From Escherichia coli (GTDB lineage Bacteria > Pseudomonadota > Gammaproteobacteria > Enterobacterales > Enterobacteriaceae), in assembly GCF_044324875.1 (NCBI RefSeq), contig NZ_CP172185.1: a stretch of DNA of 64,000 nt; one strand, written 5' to 3'. A model generated the notes under the pieces. That model saw only the letters and a program-made list of their open reading frames with translations. It had not been told where the DNA came from and did no database searches. Shown here one piece after another: positions 13,314-30,205 of this stretch; within the stretch, counting starts at the first letter, position 1; each line of letters starts with the position of its first letter. The translations under genes were made by a program, and so were the position numbers.

Positions 13314-13652
13314 TTACAGCGCCGCTTCGTCGGCTTCGCCGGTACGAATACGAATGACGCGTTGCAATTCAGCGACGAAGATTTTGCCGTCGCCAATTTT
13401 TCCGGTGTAAGCCGCCTTACTGACGATATCGATCACTTCATCGAGTTGGTCATCAGCAATCGCCACATCAATTTTTACTTTTGGCAGGAAATTGACGCTG
13501 TATTCCGCCCCCCGGTACAGCTCGGCATGTCCTTTCTGACGCCCGAAACCTTTCACTTCGGTGACGGTCAGGCCCTGAATACCAATGGAAGATAACGCTT
13601 CACGAACGTCTTCCAGCTTGAATGGTTTGATTATCACGGTCACCAGCTTCAT
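13314..13652 (-). CDS. glnK: Nitrogen regulatory protein PII-2 GlnK
   Basis: ORF 13314..13790 trimmed to ATG 13652, MKLVTVIIKPFKLEDVREALSSIGIQGLTVTEVKGFGRQKGH..., 112 aa. Confidence 0.95.
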   Translation of the reverse strand: MKLVTVIIKPFKLEDVREALSSIGIQGLTVTEVKGFGRQKGHAELYRGAEYSVNFLPKVKIDVAIADDQLDEVIDIVSKAAYTGKIGDGKIFVAELQRVIRIRTGEADEAAL

Positions 13653-13703
13653 AGATCCCCTCCGGTCAGAATTCGGTAATGGTTCTGCTACACGAAGAAG
13701 GTA

Positions 13704-13721
13704 TTGCAAGCGGTGTGCCAG
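13704..13721 (-). promoter_or_regulatory. Sigma-54 (-24/-12) promoter of glnK-amtB
   Basis: Reverse strand reads CTGGCACACCGCTTGCA (TGGCAC-N5-TTGCA) about 50 bp upstream of the glnK ATG; NtrC-like TGCACC half-sites lie further upstream near 13790-13830. Confidence 0.75.
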
Positions 13722-13832
13722 AAATGAAAAACGAGAAAGAGAGCAGGAAGTTAAGAAGATTGAAAATGAAAACGCACTATGACAGTGCACAGTGCGTTAC
13801 ATTTTTGCACCAACGATGAAATATTGCGCTAT

Positions 13833-17379
<3,547 letters not shown>

Positions 17380-17408
17380 GCGTTGTGTCCTGACTTGATT
17401 CTGGATAT

Positions 17409-17867
17409 TTATTCGATGGGTAAAGAAGTGGTGTATTTAATCTGTTCCATCGCGAAGCTGGAAGTGACGTCCGACAGCCCCGGCACGCTGTTTACCAGAC
17501 GCTTATAAAACTCGTCGTAGCGTTTCATGTCGGCAACCTGGACGCGCATCAGATAATCGTATTCACCAGCCATGCGCCAGAACCCCAGCACTTCTGGCAT
17601 TTCGGTAACCACCGTGACAAAGCGGCAATACCATTCGCTGCTGTGATGTTGCGTTTTTATCAGCACAAAGGCGGTCAGGCCGAGGCCTATTTTTTCCGGA
17701 TCCAGCAGGGCGACTTTGCCGATAAGGATACCGTCGTCCTCCAGCCGTTTCAGACGCTTCCAGCACGGGGTGGTTGTCAGATTAACGGCTTCAGCCAGTG
17801 CCTGCAAAGAGAGGGTGCAATCCTGCTGTAGTAAGGCCAGCAGCTTACGGTCAATTTTATCTAACAT
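17409..17867 (-). CDS. decR: Lrp/AsnC-family transcriptional regulator DecR (YbaO)
   Basis: ORF 17409..18095 trimmed to ATG 17867, [48 protein letters not shown]..., 152 aa. Confidence 0.9.
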
Positions 17868-17978
17868 AGCCCTTCCACAGAGAATTTTTTTCTCTTTTAA
17901 TTCTATTTTAAAGGTGAAATCGCGACAATTTATTCTGTGCGGTTTAAACACCACGGCACAAAATGACAAATTCAACGC

Positions 17979-18002
17979 AAAAAAAACCGGGCAATTGCCC
18001 GG
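17979..18002 (-). terminator. Rho-independent terminator after cof
   Basis: Perfect palindrome ccgggcaattgcccgg followed on the reverse strand by eight U residues, 18 bp after the cof stop. Confidence 0.8.
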
Positions 18003-18019
18003 TGCTGGAAGGGATCTCG

Positions 18020-18838
18020 TTATTCGGGGGAATAAGGTAGATGTGGATAGTCCAGCCAGTGCGTCAAATAGTGAGAGACAGCCTGATTTCGGCAATGTCC
18101 AATCACCGGTAAATGCGGGAGTTCCGCGCGCAGTTGCGGCATCGCATTGCCCATAATAAAGCCGCTACCGACGCTGCCTAACATTTCGCGATCGTTCATC
18201 GCATCACCAAAGGCCATGCAATCGCGCAACGATAAACCTAAATGTTGGGTCAGCACCGTCAATGCAGCGCCTTTATTGCAGCCCACCGGCAGCACTTCGA
18301 GGCAATCCGTGGCGGAAAAACACAAATGTGCACGCTCGCCTAATGCTTCGTGTAGCTGGATCTGCAAGCGTGTAAGATCGTCGTGATCGCCACAGAAGCA
18401 GATCTTGGTGACGCTGCCGAGTGGCATTTTTTTGACATCGATTATCTGATAACGAAAACCGCTATAGACAAATGCCTGCAACAACGCAGGGTTCTCTTTC
18501 CCGGTAAACCAACCATCGTCATTGAAGATATGCATGCTGGCTCGGGTATCCCATTGCTGATACAGCACCAGCTCCGCGACATCCGCAGGTAAATCATCAC
18601 GATGTAAAAGTTCACCTTCCAGAGAATGCACGCGCGTTCCGTTGCCAGTAATCAAATATGCATCCAGCGATAGCGCCCCGAGAATATGCTGCATCTCCAG
18701 CGCATGACGCCCCGTGGCAAAAGTGAGGGTAATGTCGCGTTCACGCAGTCGCGCCAAAGTAGAGAGGGTTTTCTCACCTAAATGATGGTCAGGCATCAAT
18801 AAAGTGCCATCCATATCAAATGCTGCCAGACGAGCCAT
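18020..18838 (-). CDS. cof: HMP-PP phosphatase Cof (HAD superfamily)
   Basis: ORF 18020..18850 trimmed to ATG 18838, [25 protein letters not shown]... (HAD motif DxDGT), 272 aa. Confidence 0.93.
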
Positions 18839-18937
18839 TTCTTTCTCCACTCTGTGACACGGTTAATGGTGATTGAGTATCACCTGATATATACGGAAGT
18901 AATAGTGAATAGTTAAATAATATTGTTCCGGGTTTAT

Positions 18938-20638
18938 ATGCGACTGCTCAACCGTCTTAACCAGTATCAACGTCTGTGGCAACCTTCCGCCGGAAAGCCG
19001 CAAACCGTCACCGTCAGCGAACTGGCCGAACGCTGTTTTTGCAGCGAACGCCATGTTCGTACGCTGTTGCGTCAGGCACAGGAGGCGGGATGGCTGGAGT
19101 GGCAGGCGCAGTCAGGACGCGGAAAGCGCGGACAATTACGCTTTCTGGTCACGCCAGAATCGCTACGCAATGCGATGATGGAACAGGCGCTGGAAACCGG
19201 AAAGCAGCAAGATGTGCTGGAGCTGGCGCAACTGGCCCCAGGTGAGCTGCGCACTCTGTTACAGCCGTTTATGGGCGGACAATGGCAAAACGATACGCCC
19301 ACGTTGCGTATTCCCTACTATCGCCCGCTCGAACCGCTACAACCGGGCTTTTTGCCCGGCCGTGCCGAGCAGCATCTCGCCGGACAGATATTTTCCGGCC
19401 TGACCCGCTTCGATAATAATACCCAGCGCCCGATTGGCGATTTAGCGCATCACTGGGAAACCTCTACTGACGGGTTACGCTGGGACTTTTATCTTCGTTC
19501 AACCCTACACTGGCATAACGGCGATGCAGTAAAAGCCTCACACTTACACCAGCGATTATTGATGCTGTTACAACTGCCAGCACTGGATCAATTATTTATT
19601 AGCGTGAAGCGTATTGAAGTCACCCATCCGCAGTGTCTGACCTTCTTTTTACATCGCCCCGATTACTGGCTTGCGCACCGGCTGGCGAGCTATTGCAGCC
19701 ATCTGGCGCATCCGCAATTCCCCCTGATCGGCACTGGTCCTTTTCGCTTAACACAATTCACAGCGGAACTGGTGCGCCTGGAGAGTCATGATTATTACCA
19801 TTTACGTCATCCGCTGCTTAAAGCGGTTGAGTACTGGATAACTCCGCCGCTTTTCGAAAAAGATTTGGGAACCAGTTGTCGGCATCCCGTGCAAATCACT
19901 ATCGGCAAACCGGAGGAGCTGCAACGGGTCAGCCAGGTCAGTAGTGGCATCAGTTTAGGTTTTTGCTATTTAACGTTGCGCAAAAGTCCCCGACTGTCCC
20001 TCTGGCAGGCGCGAAAAGTGATCTCCATTATTCATCAATCCGGTTTATTACAAACGTTAGAAGTCGGAGAAAACCTGATCACCGCCAGTCATGCATTACT
20101 GCCAGGCTGGACTATTCCGCAATGGCAAGTACCGGATGAGGTCAAACTACCGAAAACCTTGACACTGGTTTATCACCTACCGATAGAACTTCATACCATG
20201 GCAGAACGTCTACAGGCGACACTGGCAGCGGAAGGCTGTGAACTCACAATTATTTTTCATAACGCAAAAAACTGGGACGACACGACCCTACTGGCACACG
20301 CAGACCTCATGATGGGCGACAGATTAATTGGCGAAGCACCGGAATATACCCTGGAGCAATGGCTGCGTTGCGATCCACTATGGCCACATGTTTTCGACGC
20401 TCCAGCATATGCACATTTGCAATCGACACTGGACGCGGTGCAAGTAATGCCTGATGAGGAAAACCGATTTAATGCCCTGAAAGCGGTTTTTAGCCAGTTA
20501 ATGGCAGACGCGACGCTGACGCCGCTATTCAACTATCACTATCGCATTAGTGCCCCTCCCGGCGTGAACGGTGTGCGACTGACACCGCGCGGCTGGTTTG
20601 AATTTACCGAAGCCTGGCTTCCCGCGTCGTCGCAATGA
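18938..20638 (+). CDS. ybaE: YbaE, solute-binding-protein-like uncharacterised protein
   Basis: ORF 18923..20638 (TTG in track) trimmed to ATG 18938, MRLLNRLNQYQRLWQPSAGKPQTVTVSELAERCF..., 566 aa. Confidence 0.88.
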   Translation: MRLLNRLNQYQRLWQPSAGKPQTVTVSELAERCFCSERHVRTLLRQAQEAGWLEWQAQSGRGKRGQLRFLVTPESLRNAMMEQALETGKQQDVLELAQLAPGELRTLLQPFMGGQWQNDTPTLRIPYYRPLEPLQPGFLPGRAEQHLAGQIFSGLTRFDNNTQRPIGDLAHHWETSTDGLRWDFYLRSTLHWHNGDAVKASHLHQRLLMLLQLPALDQLFISVKRIEVTHPQCLTFFLHRPDYWLAHRLASYCSHLAHPQFPLIGTGPFRLTQFTAELVRLESHDYYHLRHPLLKAVEYWITPPLFEKDLGTSCRHPVQITIGKPEELQRVSQVSSGISLGFCYLTLRKSPRLSLWQARKVISIIHQSGLLQTLEVGENLITASHALLPGWTIPQWQVPDEVKLPKTLTLVYHLPIELHTMAERLQATLAAEGCELTIIFHNAKNWDDTTLLAHADLMMGDRLIGEAPEYTLEQWLRCDPLWPHVFDAPAYAHLQSTLDAVQVMPDEENRFNALKAVFSQLMADATLTPLFNYHYRISAPPGVNGVRLTPRGWFEFTEAWLPASSQ

Positions 20639-20702
20639 ATAGCTGGTCCGGGTTAATCGCAGGCGTTACCATAACGCTTTTATTGTTCAAGCAGGATTAT
20701 CT

Positions 20703-21398
20703 ATGAAACGTGCTGTCGTTGTGTTCAGTGGAGGCCAGGATTCCACCACCTGTCTGGTGCAGGCATTACAACAATATGATGAAGTCCATTGCGTGACGTT
20801 CGATTACGGTCAGCGACATCGCGCAGAAATCGACGTGGCACGCGAACTGGCGCTGAAACTGGGGGCACGCGCGCATAAGGTTCTTGATGTAACGCTGCTC
20901 AACGAGCTGGCGGTCAGCAGCCTGACGCGTGACAGCATTCCGGTGCCTGATTATGAACCTGAAGCTGATGGCATCCCGAATACGTTTGTCCCAGGGCGTA
21001 ATATTTTGTTCCTGACACTGGCGGCAATATATGCGTATCAGGTAAAAGCAGAAGCCGTAATTACTGGCGTCTGCGAAACGGATTTCTCCGGCTACCCGGA
21101 TTGCCGCGATGAGTTTGTGAAAGCACTAAACCATGCCGTCAGTTTGGGCATGGCGAAAGATATTCGTTTTGAAACGCCGCTGATGTGGATTGATAAAGCG
21201 GAAACCTGGGCGCTGGCAGATTATTACGGCAAACTGGATTTAGTCCGTAACGAAACGTTGACCTGCTATAACGGCATTAAAGGCGACGGTTGCGGTCATT
21301 GTGCGGCATGTAATTTACGCGCCAACGGTTTGAATCATTATCTGGTCGATAAACCGACGGTGATGGCAGCGATGAAGCAGAAAACCGGGTTGAGGTAA
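20703..21398 (+). CDS. queC: 7-cyano-7-deazaguanine synthase QueC
   Basis: 231-aa [42 protein letters not shown]... (PP-loop ATPase SGGxDS). Confidence 0.95.
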   Translation: MKRAVVVFSGGQDSTTCLVQALQQYDEVHCVTFDYGQRHRAEIDVARELALKLGARAHKVLDVTLLNELAVSSLTRDSIPVPDYEPEADGIPNTFVPGRNILFLTLAAIYAYQVKAEAVITGVCETDFSGYPDCRDEFVKALNHAVSLGMAKDIRFETPLMWIDKAETWALADYYGKLDLVRNETLTCYNGIKGDGCGHCAACNLRANGLNHYLVDKPTVMAAMKQKTGLR

Positions 21399-21412
21399 TT
21401 ATTCCGGGTGTC

Positions 21413-21437
21413 GCCGGATGCGGCTTGAGCATCCGGC
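21413..21437. repeat. REP element between convergent queC and fadM
   Basis: gccggatgcggcttgagcatccggc, matches the REP palindrome family. Confidence 0.7.
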
Positions 21438-21449
21438 ACCACAAAACGT

Positions 21450-21848
21450 TTACTTAACCATCTGCTCGAGCTTTTCGCGCAATTCCCCTTCCAGAGCTAA
21501 TGCTTTCTGCGTTTTAAGATCAATACAAACAAACGTAATAAGCGCATCCGCTACCACCTGCCCTTCCGGCTCCAGTGTAATGACCTGGCTTAAGATGCCG
21601 CTTTTACCGTTTAATTGCTGCAACTGACTGGTAATGGTTAACAGGTCGCTTAATACCGCCGGGCGACGATAGTTAATATTGATATTGACCACGACGAAGG
21701 CGATGTTATGGGCCGTCATCCACTGAAAACTGTCGCTATTTTCCAACCCATCCCAGCGGGCTTCTTCGAGAAACTCCAGATAGCGGGCGTTATTAACGTG
21801 CTGGTAAACATCGAGATGATATCCACGAACTTTGATTTGTGTTTGCAT
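21450..21848 (-). CDS. fadM: Long-chain acyl-CoA thioesterase III FadM (YbaW)
   Basis: 132-aa ORF MQTQIKVRGYHLDVYQHVNNARYLEFLEEARWDGLE... (hotdog fold). Confidence 0.93.
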   Translation of the reverse strand: MQTQIKVRGYHLDVYQHVNNARYLEFLEEARWDGLENSDSFQWMTAHNIAFVVVNININYRRPAVLSDLLTITSQLQQLNGKSGILSQVITLEPEGQVVADALITFVCIDLKTQKALALEGELREKLEQMVK

Positions 21849-22092
21849 AGCGCAATAACCTTACGTTGTTTTTATAAAAACTGTTATAAGTGCAAAATGG
21901 CATCTGAATCGATCGCAGTTTGGCATTCGAATCGATCATGATTTGGCATCCATCTCCGATCACAGTTTGGCATCACAATCGATCACGATTTGGCATGCTT
22001 CCGATCATTGATTGGCATCCTGCCAGTCACTCCGGGAATTAACTCTTTTCACCACAGTCTCCATTGCCGTGTTTAAACCAGTGGAGACGTCA

Positions 22093-23658
22093 ATGTCCAG
22101 AAAGAGAAAATCCAGGAGCACTATGGAAACCTGTTTTAAGATCCTTCAGCTCAAGTTCGACAAGAAGCTGACTAACCGTTGTATCGGACTGACGTTACAC
22201 ATCAGCGCCTCAACCGTTTTTGAGGTTCTTGCCCGCTTCAAAGCCTCTTCTCTGTCATGGCCATTACCTGCTGATATATCCCATGACACGCTGGAGAAAC
22301 TCATTTTTCCGCCCAAAGACACCTTTGCATCAGAGCTTGTAATGCCTGACATGTTGTACTTCGATACGGAAATGAGAAAACCAGGTGTGACGCGGCAACT
22401 GTTGTGGATGGAATACAAGGCACAGGCGGGTAACAAAGCGATGGGATACTCGCACTTCTGCCGTTGCTACCGGGAGTGGAAAAAAACGCGACGTCTCTCC
22501 ATGCGCCAGGAGCATCGTGCCGGCGAAAAGCTTTTTATCGACTTCTGTGGTCCTACGGTTCCTGTTATTAATCCGGACACCGGTGAGATACGCCGCGTGG
22601 CAATCTTCGTGGCCGTAATGGGGGCGTCCAACTATACCTACGTTGAAGCGTGCGAAGGTCAGGACATGATGTCATGGTTAAATGCCCACAGCCGTTGCCT
22701 GACCTTCCTGGGCGGCGTACCGAAGCTGCTCATCCCCGATAACCTCAGAAGCGCAGTGAAAAAGGCCGATCGATATGAGCCTGTCATCAACGACAGTTAT
22801 CAGGCACTGGCTGAGCACTATGGCACGGTTATCATCCCGGCCCGACCACGCAAACCTAAAGATAAACCAAAAGCAGAAAACGGCGTCCTCATCGTTGAAC
22901 GATGGCTTCTTGCCCGCATCCGTAATGAAACCTTCCACACGCTCAGGGCGCTGAATGCGCGCCTTAGGGAGTTACTGACAGACATGAATAACCGGCCAAT
23001 GAAGGGGTACGGCAATCAAACCCGTGCAGAACGCTTCCGCATACTGGATGCGCCAGCACTCTCTCCGCTGCCTCTGGCACCTTATGAATACACGGAATAC
23101 AAAGCTGTGAAGGTTGGCCCTGACTACCACGTTGAATATGCCCGTCACTGGTACTCCGTTCCACACGAACTGGTCGGTCAGCGTCTGTCACTGAAGGCGG
23201 GGCAGTCGGTGGTACAGCTCTGGCACAAGGGGCAGTGTGTGGCGCAACATCCGCGCAGCACACATGAATATAAACACACAACCAATCCGCTTCACATGCC
23301 AGAGCGCCACCGGCAGCACGGGACATGGACACCGGAACGCCTGATCGAGCAGGGAAAACGTACGGGCCCGTCCACAGGCCGGGTGGTTGAATCCATGCTG
23401 AAGGCAAAACCCCATCCGGAACTGGCTTATCGTGCAGTTCTGGGGCTGCTGGCACTTCAGAAAAAATACGGCCCGGAACGGCTGGAAAAGGCCTGTTACG
23501 TTGCCCTGCACTATAACGCCCCTGACAGACGCTTTATCGACAATCTGCTGCGTCACCATCGGGAGAACCTGGAGCTTCCATTATCCCGCCAGGGCGAACA
23601 ACATCCGGCATATGCTTCAGAGCATGAAAACCTGCGTGGTCCGGGCTACTACCACTGA
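22093..23658 (+). CDS. istA: IS21-family transposase IstA
   Basis: ORF 22012..23658 trimmed to ATG 22093 (ggagacg SD-like sequence upstream); large transposase-sized protein, IstA-like by pattern; start could instead be ATG 22123. Confidence 0.8.
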   Translation: MSRKRKSRSTMETCFKILQLKFDKKLTNRCIGLTLHISASTVFEVLARFKASSLSWPLPADISHDTLEKLIFPPKDTFASELVMPDMLYFDTEMRKPGVTRQLLWMEYKAQAGNKAMGYSHFCRCYREWKKTRRLSMRQEHRAGEKLFIDFCGPTVPVINPDTGEIRRVAIFVAVMGASNYTYVEACEGQDMMSWLNAHSRCLTFLGGVPKLLIPDNLRSAVKKADRYEPVINDSYQALAEHYGTVIIPARPRKPKDKPKAENGVLIVERWLLARIRNETFHTLRALNARLRELLTDMNNRPMKGYGNQTRAERFRILDAPALSPLPLAPYEYTEYKAVKVGPDYHVEYARHWYSVPHELVGQRLSLKAGQSVVQLWHKGQCVAQHPRSTHEYKHTTNPLHMPERHRQHGTWTPERLIEQGKRTGPSTGRVVESMLKAKPHPELAYRAVLGLLALQKKYGPERLEKACYVALHYNAPDRRFIDNLLRHHRENLELPLSRQGEQHPAYASEHENLRGPGYYH

Positions 23659-23674
23659 CAGAAGGAACAACAGT

Positions 23675-24430
23675 ATGAGTGATAACCTGTTAAACAAACT
23701 GACCCAACTGAAACTCCCGGCGATGGCCGGGAGCCTGATACGGCAGCGGGAAACGCCTCAGACCTACGACGAACTGTCGTTCGAGGAAAGGCTGACGCTG
23801 CTGGTTGATGACGAGCTTCTGAGCAGGGAAAACAGCCGTGTGGCACGGTTGAGAAAAAATGCCGGCCTGAAATACCAGGCAACACCGGAAGGGCTGCGCT
23901 ATCCGGCCTCAAGAGGTCTGCGGGCTGAACAGATGAGAGAACTGCTGAACGGCCACTACATAACCCACAGGAAAAACCTGCTGATAACCGGTCCGACAGG
24001 ATGTGGCAAGAGCTGGATAGCCAATGCGCTGGGCGAACAGGCATGTCGACAGAAACACAGCGTCCGGTACTGTAGAACCGGGCGATTACTGGAACAACTG
24101 GCTCAGGGACGTGTTGATGGCAGCTGGCTGAAATATCTGAAACAGTTGCAAAAAATACAGGTTCTAATCCTGGACGATCTGGGGCTGGAACAGTTAAGTA
24201 ACGCCCAGTGTAATGACCTTCTGGAGCTCATAGAGGATCGTTACGGACAAAGCAGCACGATAGTGGTAAGCCAGTTCCCGGTAGATAAATGGCATGGTCT
24301 GATGGAGAACCCAACAACAGCAGATGCCATCCTGGACAGACTGGTACATAACTCACACCGAGTGGTCCTTCAGGGAGAGTCACTGAGGAAAAATCCCCCG
24401 GTAGTGGAAAGCAGCGAAAAAACGCGTTAA
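23675..24430 (+). CDS. istB: IS21-family ATP-binding helper protein IstB
   Basis: ORF 23432..24430 trimmed to ATG 23675 (aagga SD), 251 aa; Walker A GPTGCGKS and Walker B VLILDDLG; 16 bp after the istA stop. Confidence 0.85.
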   Translation: MSDNLLNKLTQLKLPAMAGSLIRQRETPQTYDELSFEERLTLLVDDELLSRENSRVARLRKNAGLKYQATPEGLRYPASRGLRAEQMRELLNGHYITHRKNLLITGPTGCGKSWIANALGEQACRQKHSVRYCRTGRLLEQLAQGRVDGSWLKYLKQLQKIQVLILDDLGLEQLSNAQCNDLLELIEDRYGQSSTIVVSQFPVDKWHGLMENPTTADAILDRLVHNSHRVVLQGESLRKNPPVVESSEKTR

Positions 24431-24545
24431 AAAGCGGTAGAAAAAGTTAAGTTCCCGGTTGATCGAATGGATGCGAATCGCTGATCGGACTTCGATGCCA
24501 ATCCGTGATCGAATAGAGCGGAATACGCAATAAGTACAGAGGTCA

Positions 24546-26991
<2,446 letters not shown>

Positions 26992-27182
26992 GGTGTAACA
27001 ACACTCCGCTGTAGATGACTGTGTACCTCACGCAACGTATCGATGCGCGCAAAGGCCTATTGTGACAAGAAACGGGGGCAATTGTCAGCCCACAAGACGC
27101 AGAAAGTCACCGAATACAAATAAAAAAGGCACATCAGTAGATGCGCCCTTGAACTTCGTCACATCCCCACTGGGGACAACGC

Positions 27183-27455
27183 TTAGTTTACCGCGTCTTT
27201 CAGTGCTTTACCTGCACGGAAGCTCGGTACTTTAGCGGCAGCGATGGTGATCTCTTTACCGGTCTGCGGGTTGCGGCCAGTACGGGCAGCACGCTCTTTA
27301 ACGGCAAAAGTACCAAAACCTACCAGTGCTACATCATCCCCTTCTTTCAGAGATTCAGTTACGGAAGCAATAATAGCATCTAACGCACGGCCAGCCGCAG
27401 CTTTAGAGATATCAGCCCCTGCAGCAATCTTGTCGATCAATTGAGATTTATTCAC
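27183..27455 (-). CDS. hupB: DNA-binding protein HU-beta
   Basis: 90-aa [53 protein letters not shown]... Confidence 0.97.
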
Positions 27456-27593
27456 TCTTCTCTTCCTCTTTATAATTTATATCGCACTTGAATCCTTCAA
27501 GGTACGAACGCGCAGCAGTTATATCAGGCCAGCCATCCCCTTACAACACCCCTTAATAAGGGCAAGCCCGATCCGCCATCTAACTTAGCGAGA

Positions 27594-27640
27594 CAAAAAA
27601 AGGCTGGCAAGCCCGAATTAGCCTGCCAGCCCTGTTTTTA
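27594..27640 (-). terminator. Rho-independent terminator after lon (structurally bidirectional)
   Basis: ggctggca...tgccagcc stem flanked by AAAAAAA and TTTTTA, about 25 bp after the lon stop. Confidence 0.75.
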
Positions 27641-27663
27641 TTAGTGCATTTTGCGCGAGGTCA

Positions 27664-30018
27664 CTATTTTGCAGTCACAACCTGCATGCCAGACGGTTCA
27701 TTTTGCAGCGCCAGAGTCAGAACTTCCTCAATGCGCTTCACAGGATGAATGTCCAGATCGGCAATTACGTTGTCAGGAATCTCTTCCAGATCGCGTTTAT
27801 TTTCGAACGGAATTAGCACTGTTTTAATCCCGCCGCGATGCGCTGCCAGTAGTTTTTCTTTCAAACCACCGATCGGCAGTACCTGACCACGCAGAGTGAT
27901 CTCACCGGTCATTGCCACATCGGCACGAACCGGGTTACCGGTCAGGCAAGAAACCAGCGCGGTGCACATAGCAATACCGGCACTCGGACCATCTTTCGGC
28001 GTCGCACCTTCCGGTACGTGGACGTGGATGTCGCGTTTTTCGTAAAAATCAGGGTTGATCCCCAGTTTTTCCGCACGCGCACGAACCACCGTTAACGCCG
28101 CCTGAATGGACTCCTGCATCACTTCGCCAAGCGATCCGGTATAGGTCAGTTTGCCTTTCCCCGGAACACATGCGGTTTCAATGGTCAGCAAGTCACCGCC
28201 CACTTCCGTCCACGCCAGACCAGTTACCTGACCGACACGGTTTTCGTTATCAGCGCGTCCATAGTCGAAACGCTGAACACCGAGGTAGTCATGCAGGTTA
28301 TCACCGTTAATTTCGATATGTTTTAATGACTTATCGAGCAGTAACTGCTTAACCGCTTTGCGACACAGTTTGGAGATTTCACGCTCCAGACCACGCACGC
28401 CCGCCTCACGGGTGTAATAACGAATAATGCCGATAATGGCGCTATCGTCGACGGTCAGCTCACCTTTTTTCAGTGCATTACGTTCAATCTGCTTCGGCAG
28501 CAGGTGACGTTTGGCGATGTTCAGTTTTTCATCTTCGGTATAACCGGAGAGGCGAATCACTTCCATACGATCCAGCAGCGGTGCCGGAATGTTCATGGAG
28601 TTCGACGTCGCGACAAACATCACGTCGCTGAGATCGTAATCCACTTCCAGGTAGTGGTCGCTGAACGCTACGTTCTGCTCTGGATCCAGCACTTCAAGCA
28701 GTGCGGAGGCCGGATCGCCACGCATGTCAGAAGACATTTTGTCGATCTCATCGAGCAGGAACAGCGGGTTTTTCACGCCCACTTTCGCCATTTTCTGGAT
28801 CAGTTTACCCGGCATAGAACCGATGTAAGTACGGCGGTGACCACGGATTTCCGCTTCATCACGCACGCCGCCCAGCGCCATACGGACATATTTACGCCCG
28901 GTGGCTTTGGCGATGGACTGACCAAGAGAGGTTTTACCTACCCCCGGCGGCCCTACCAGGCAGAGGATCGGTCCTTTGATTTTGTTGACACGGCTTTGAA
29001 CCGCAAGATACTCAAGGATACGATCTTTCACGCGCTCCAGACCATAATGGTCGGTATCAAGGATTTCCTGCGCCTGACGCAGGTCTTTTTTGACCTTGCT
29101 GCGCGCATTCCACGGCACCTGTACCATCCAGTCGATATAACCACGCACTACGGTCGCTTCTGCCGACATCGGAGACATCATTTTCAGCTTCTGCAACTCT
29201 GCTTCCGCTTTCTCTTTTGCCTCTTTCGGCATTTTCGCCGCGTCAATTTTGCGCTTCAGGGCTTCGTTTTCGTCCGGCGCGTCGTCCATTTCACCGAGTT
29301 CTTTCTGAATAGCTTTCATTTGCTCGTTCAGATAGTACTCACGCTGGGATTTCTCCATCTGCTTTTTAACGCGGTTGCGAATGCGTTTCTCAACCTGCAG
29401 CAGATCGATTTCCGATTCCATCATTGCCATCAGATATTCCAGACGTTCGTTAACGTCGGACATCTCCAGAACGGACTGTTTGTCAGCCAGTTTCAGCGGC
29501 ATATGTGCAGCAATGGTATCCGCCAGACGCGCCGGGTCGTCGATGCTATTCAGCGACGTCAGCACTTCTGGTGGGATTTTTTTGTTCAGCTTGATGTAGC
29601 CTTCGAACTGGCTGATTGCAGTACGCACCAGCACTTCCTGTTCCCGCTCATCAATGGTCGGCGACTCCAGATACTCCGCCTTCGCAGAAAAGTGTTCGCC
29701 ATTGTCAGAGAGCGCAGAAATACGCGCGCGCTGTAACCCCTCGACCAGCACTTTGACGGTGCCGTCAGGCAGTTTCAGCATCTGCAATATAGAGGCCACG
29801 GTCCCGACGGTGAAAAGATCGTTTACACCCGGCTCATCCGTTGAAGCTTCTTTCTGCGCGACCAGCATAATTTTTTTATCATGGTCCATCGCCGCTTCCA
29901 GACAACGGATAGATTTTTCCCGCCCGACAAATAAGGGGATGACCATGTGCGGATAAACCACCACATCGCGCAGCGGCAATACGGGGATTTCAATGCGTTC
30001 AGAACGCTCAGGATTCAT
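27664..30018 (-). CDS. lon: ATP-dependent protease Lon
   Basis: ORF 27664..30063 trimmed to ATG 30018, [44 protein letters not shown]..., 784 aa; Walker [10 protein letters not shown]. Confidence 0.97.
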   Translation of the reverse strand: MNPERSERIEIPVLPLRDVVVYPHMVIPLFVGREKSIRCLEAAMDHDKKIMLVAQKEASTDEPGVNDLFTVGTVASILQMLKLPDGTVKVLVEGLQRARISALSDNGEHFSAKAEYLESPTIDEREQEVLVRTAISQFEGYIKLNKKIPPEVLTSLNSIDDPARLADTIAAHMPLKLADKQSVLEMSDVNERLEYLMAMMESEIDLLQVEKRIRNRVKKQMEKSQREYYLNEQMKAIQKELGEMDDAPDENEALKRKIDAAKMPKEAKEKAEAELQKLKMMSPMSAEATVVRGYIDWMVQVPWNARSKVKKDLRQAQEILDTDHYGLERVKDRILEYLAVQSRVNKIKGPILCLVGPPGVGKTSLGQSIAKATGRKYVRMALGGVRDEAEIRGHRRTYIGSMPGKLIQKMAKVGVKNPLFLLDEIDKMSSDMRGDPASALLEVLDPEQNVAFSDHYLEVDYDLSDVMFVATSNSMNIPAPLLDRMEVIRLSGYTEDEKLNIAKRHLLPKQIERNALKKGELTVDDSAIIGIIRYYTREAGVRGLEREISKLCRKAVKQLLLDKSLKHIEINGDNLHDYLGVQRFDYGRADNENRVGQVTGLAWTEVGGDLLTIETACVPGKGKLTYTGSLGEVMQESIQAALTVVRARAEKLGINPDFYEKRDIHVHVPEGATPKDGPSAGIAMCTALVSCLTGNPVRADVAMTGEITLRGQVLPIGGLKEKLLAAHRGGIKTVLIPFENKRDLEEIPDNVIADLDIHPVKRIEEVLTLALQNEPSGMQVVTAK

Positions 30019-30149
30019 AGAGCTCTCTCTTAGTTTAATTTCCGCCAGGTAATCAGATGACACGACTGTGCTTCACGCCATCTATTAACATGTACGTCAG
30101 TATATGGGGATGTTTCCCCCACATTCAACGCCGAGAATAGAGGAAAAAT

Positions 30150-30178
30150 TAAAGGGGAGATAAAATCCCCCCTTTTTG
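30150..30178 (-). terminator. Rho-independent terminator after clpX
   Basis: On the reverse strand, gggggattttatctcccc hairpin followed by a U-rich tract, about 30 bp after the clpX stop. Confidence 0.65.
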
Positions 30179-30205
30179 GTTAACTAATTGTATGGGAATG
30201 GTTAA

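Noticed and set aside
28504-29736. 410-aa + strand ORF inside lon
   Set aside because: Antisense to Lon; His/Arg/Phe-rich translation with no domain-like pattern; frame artefact.
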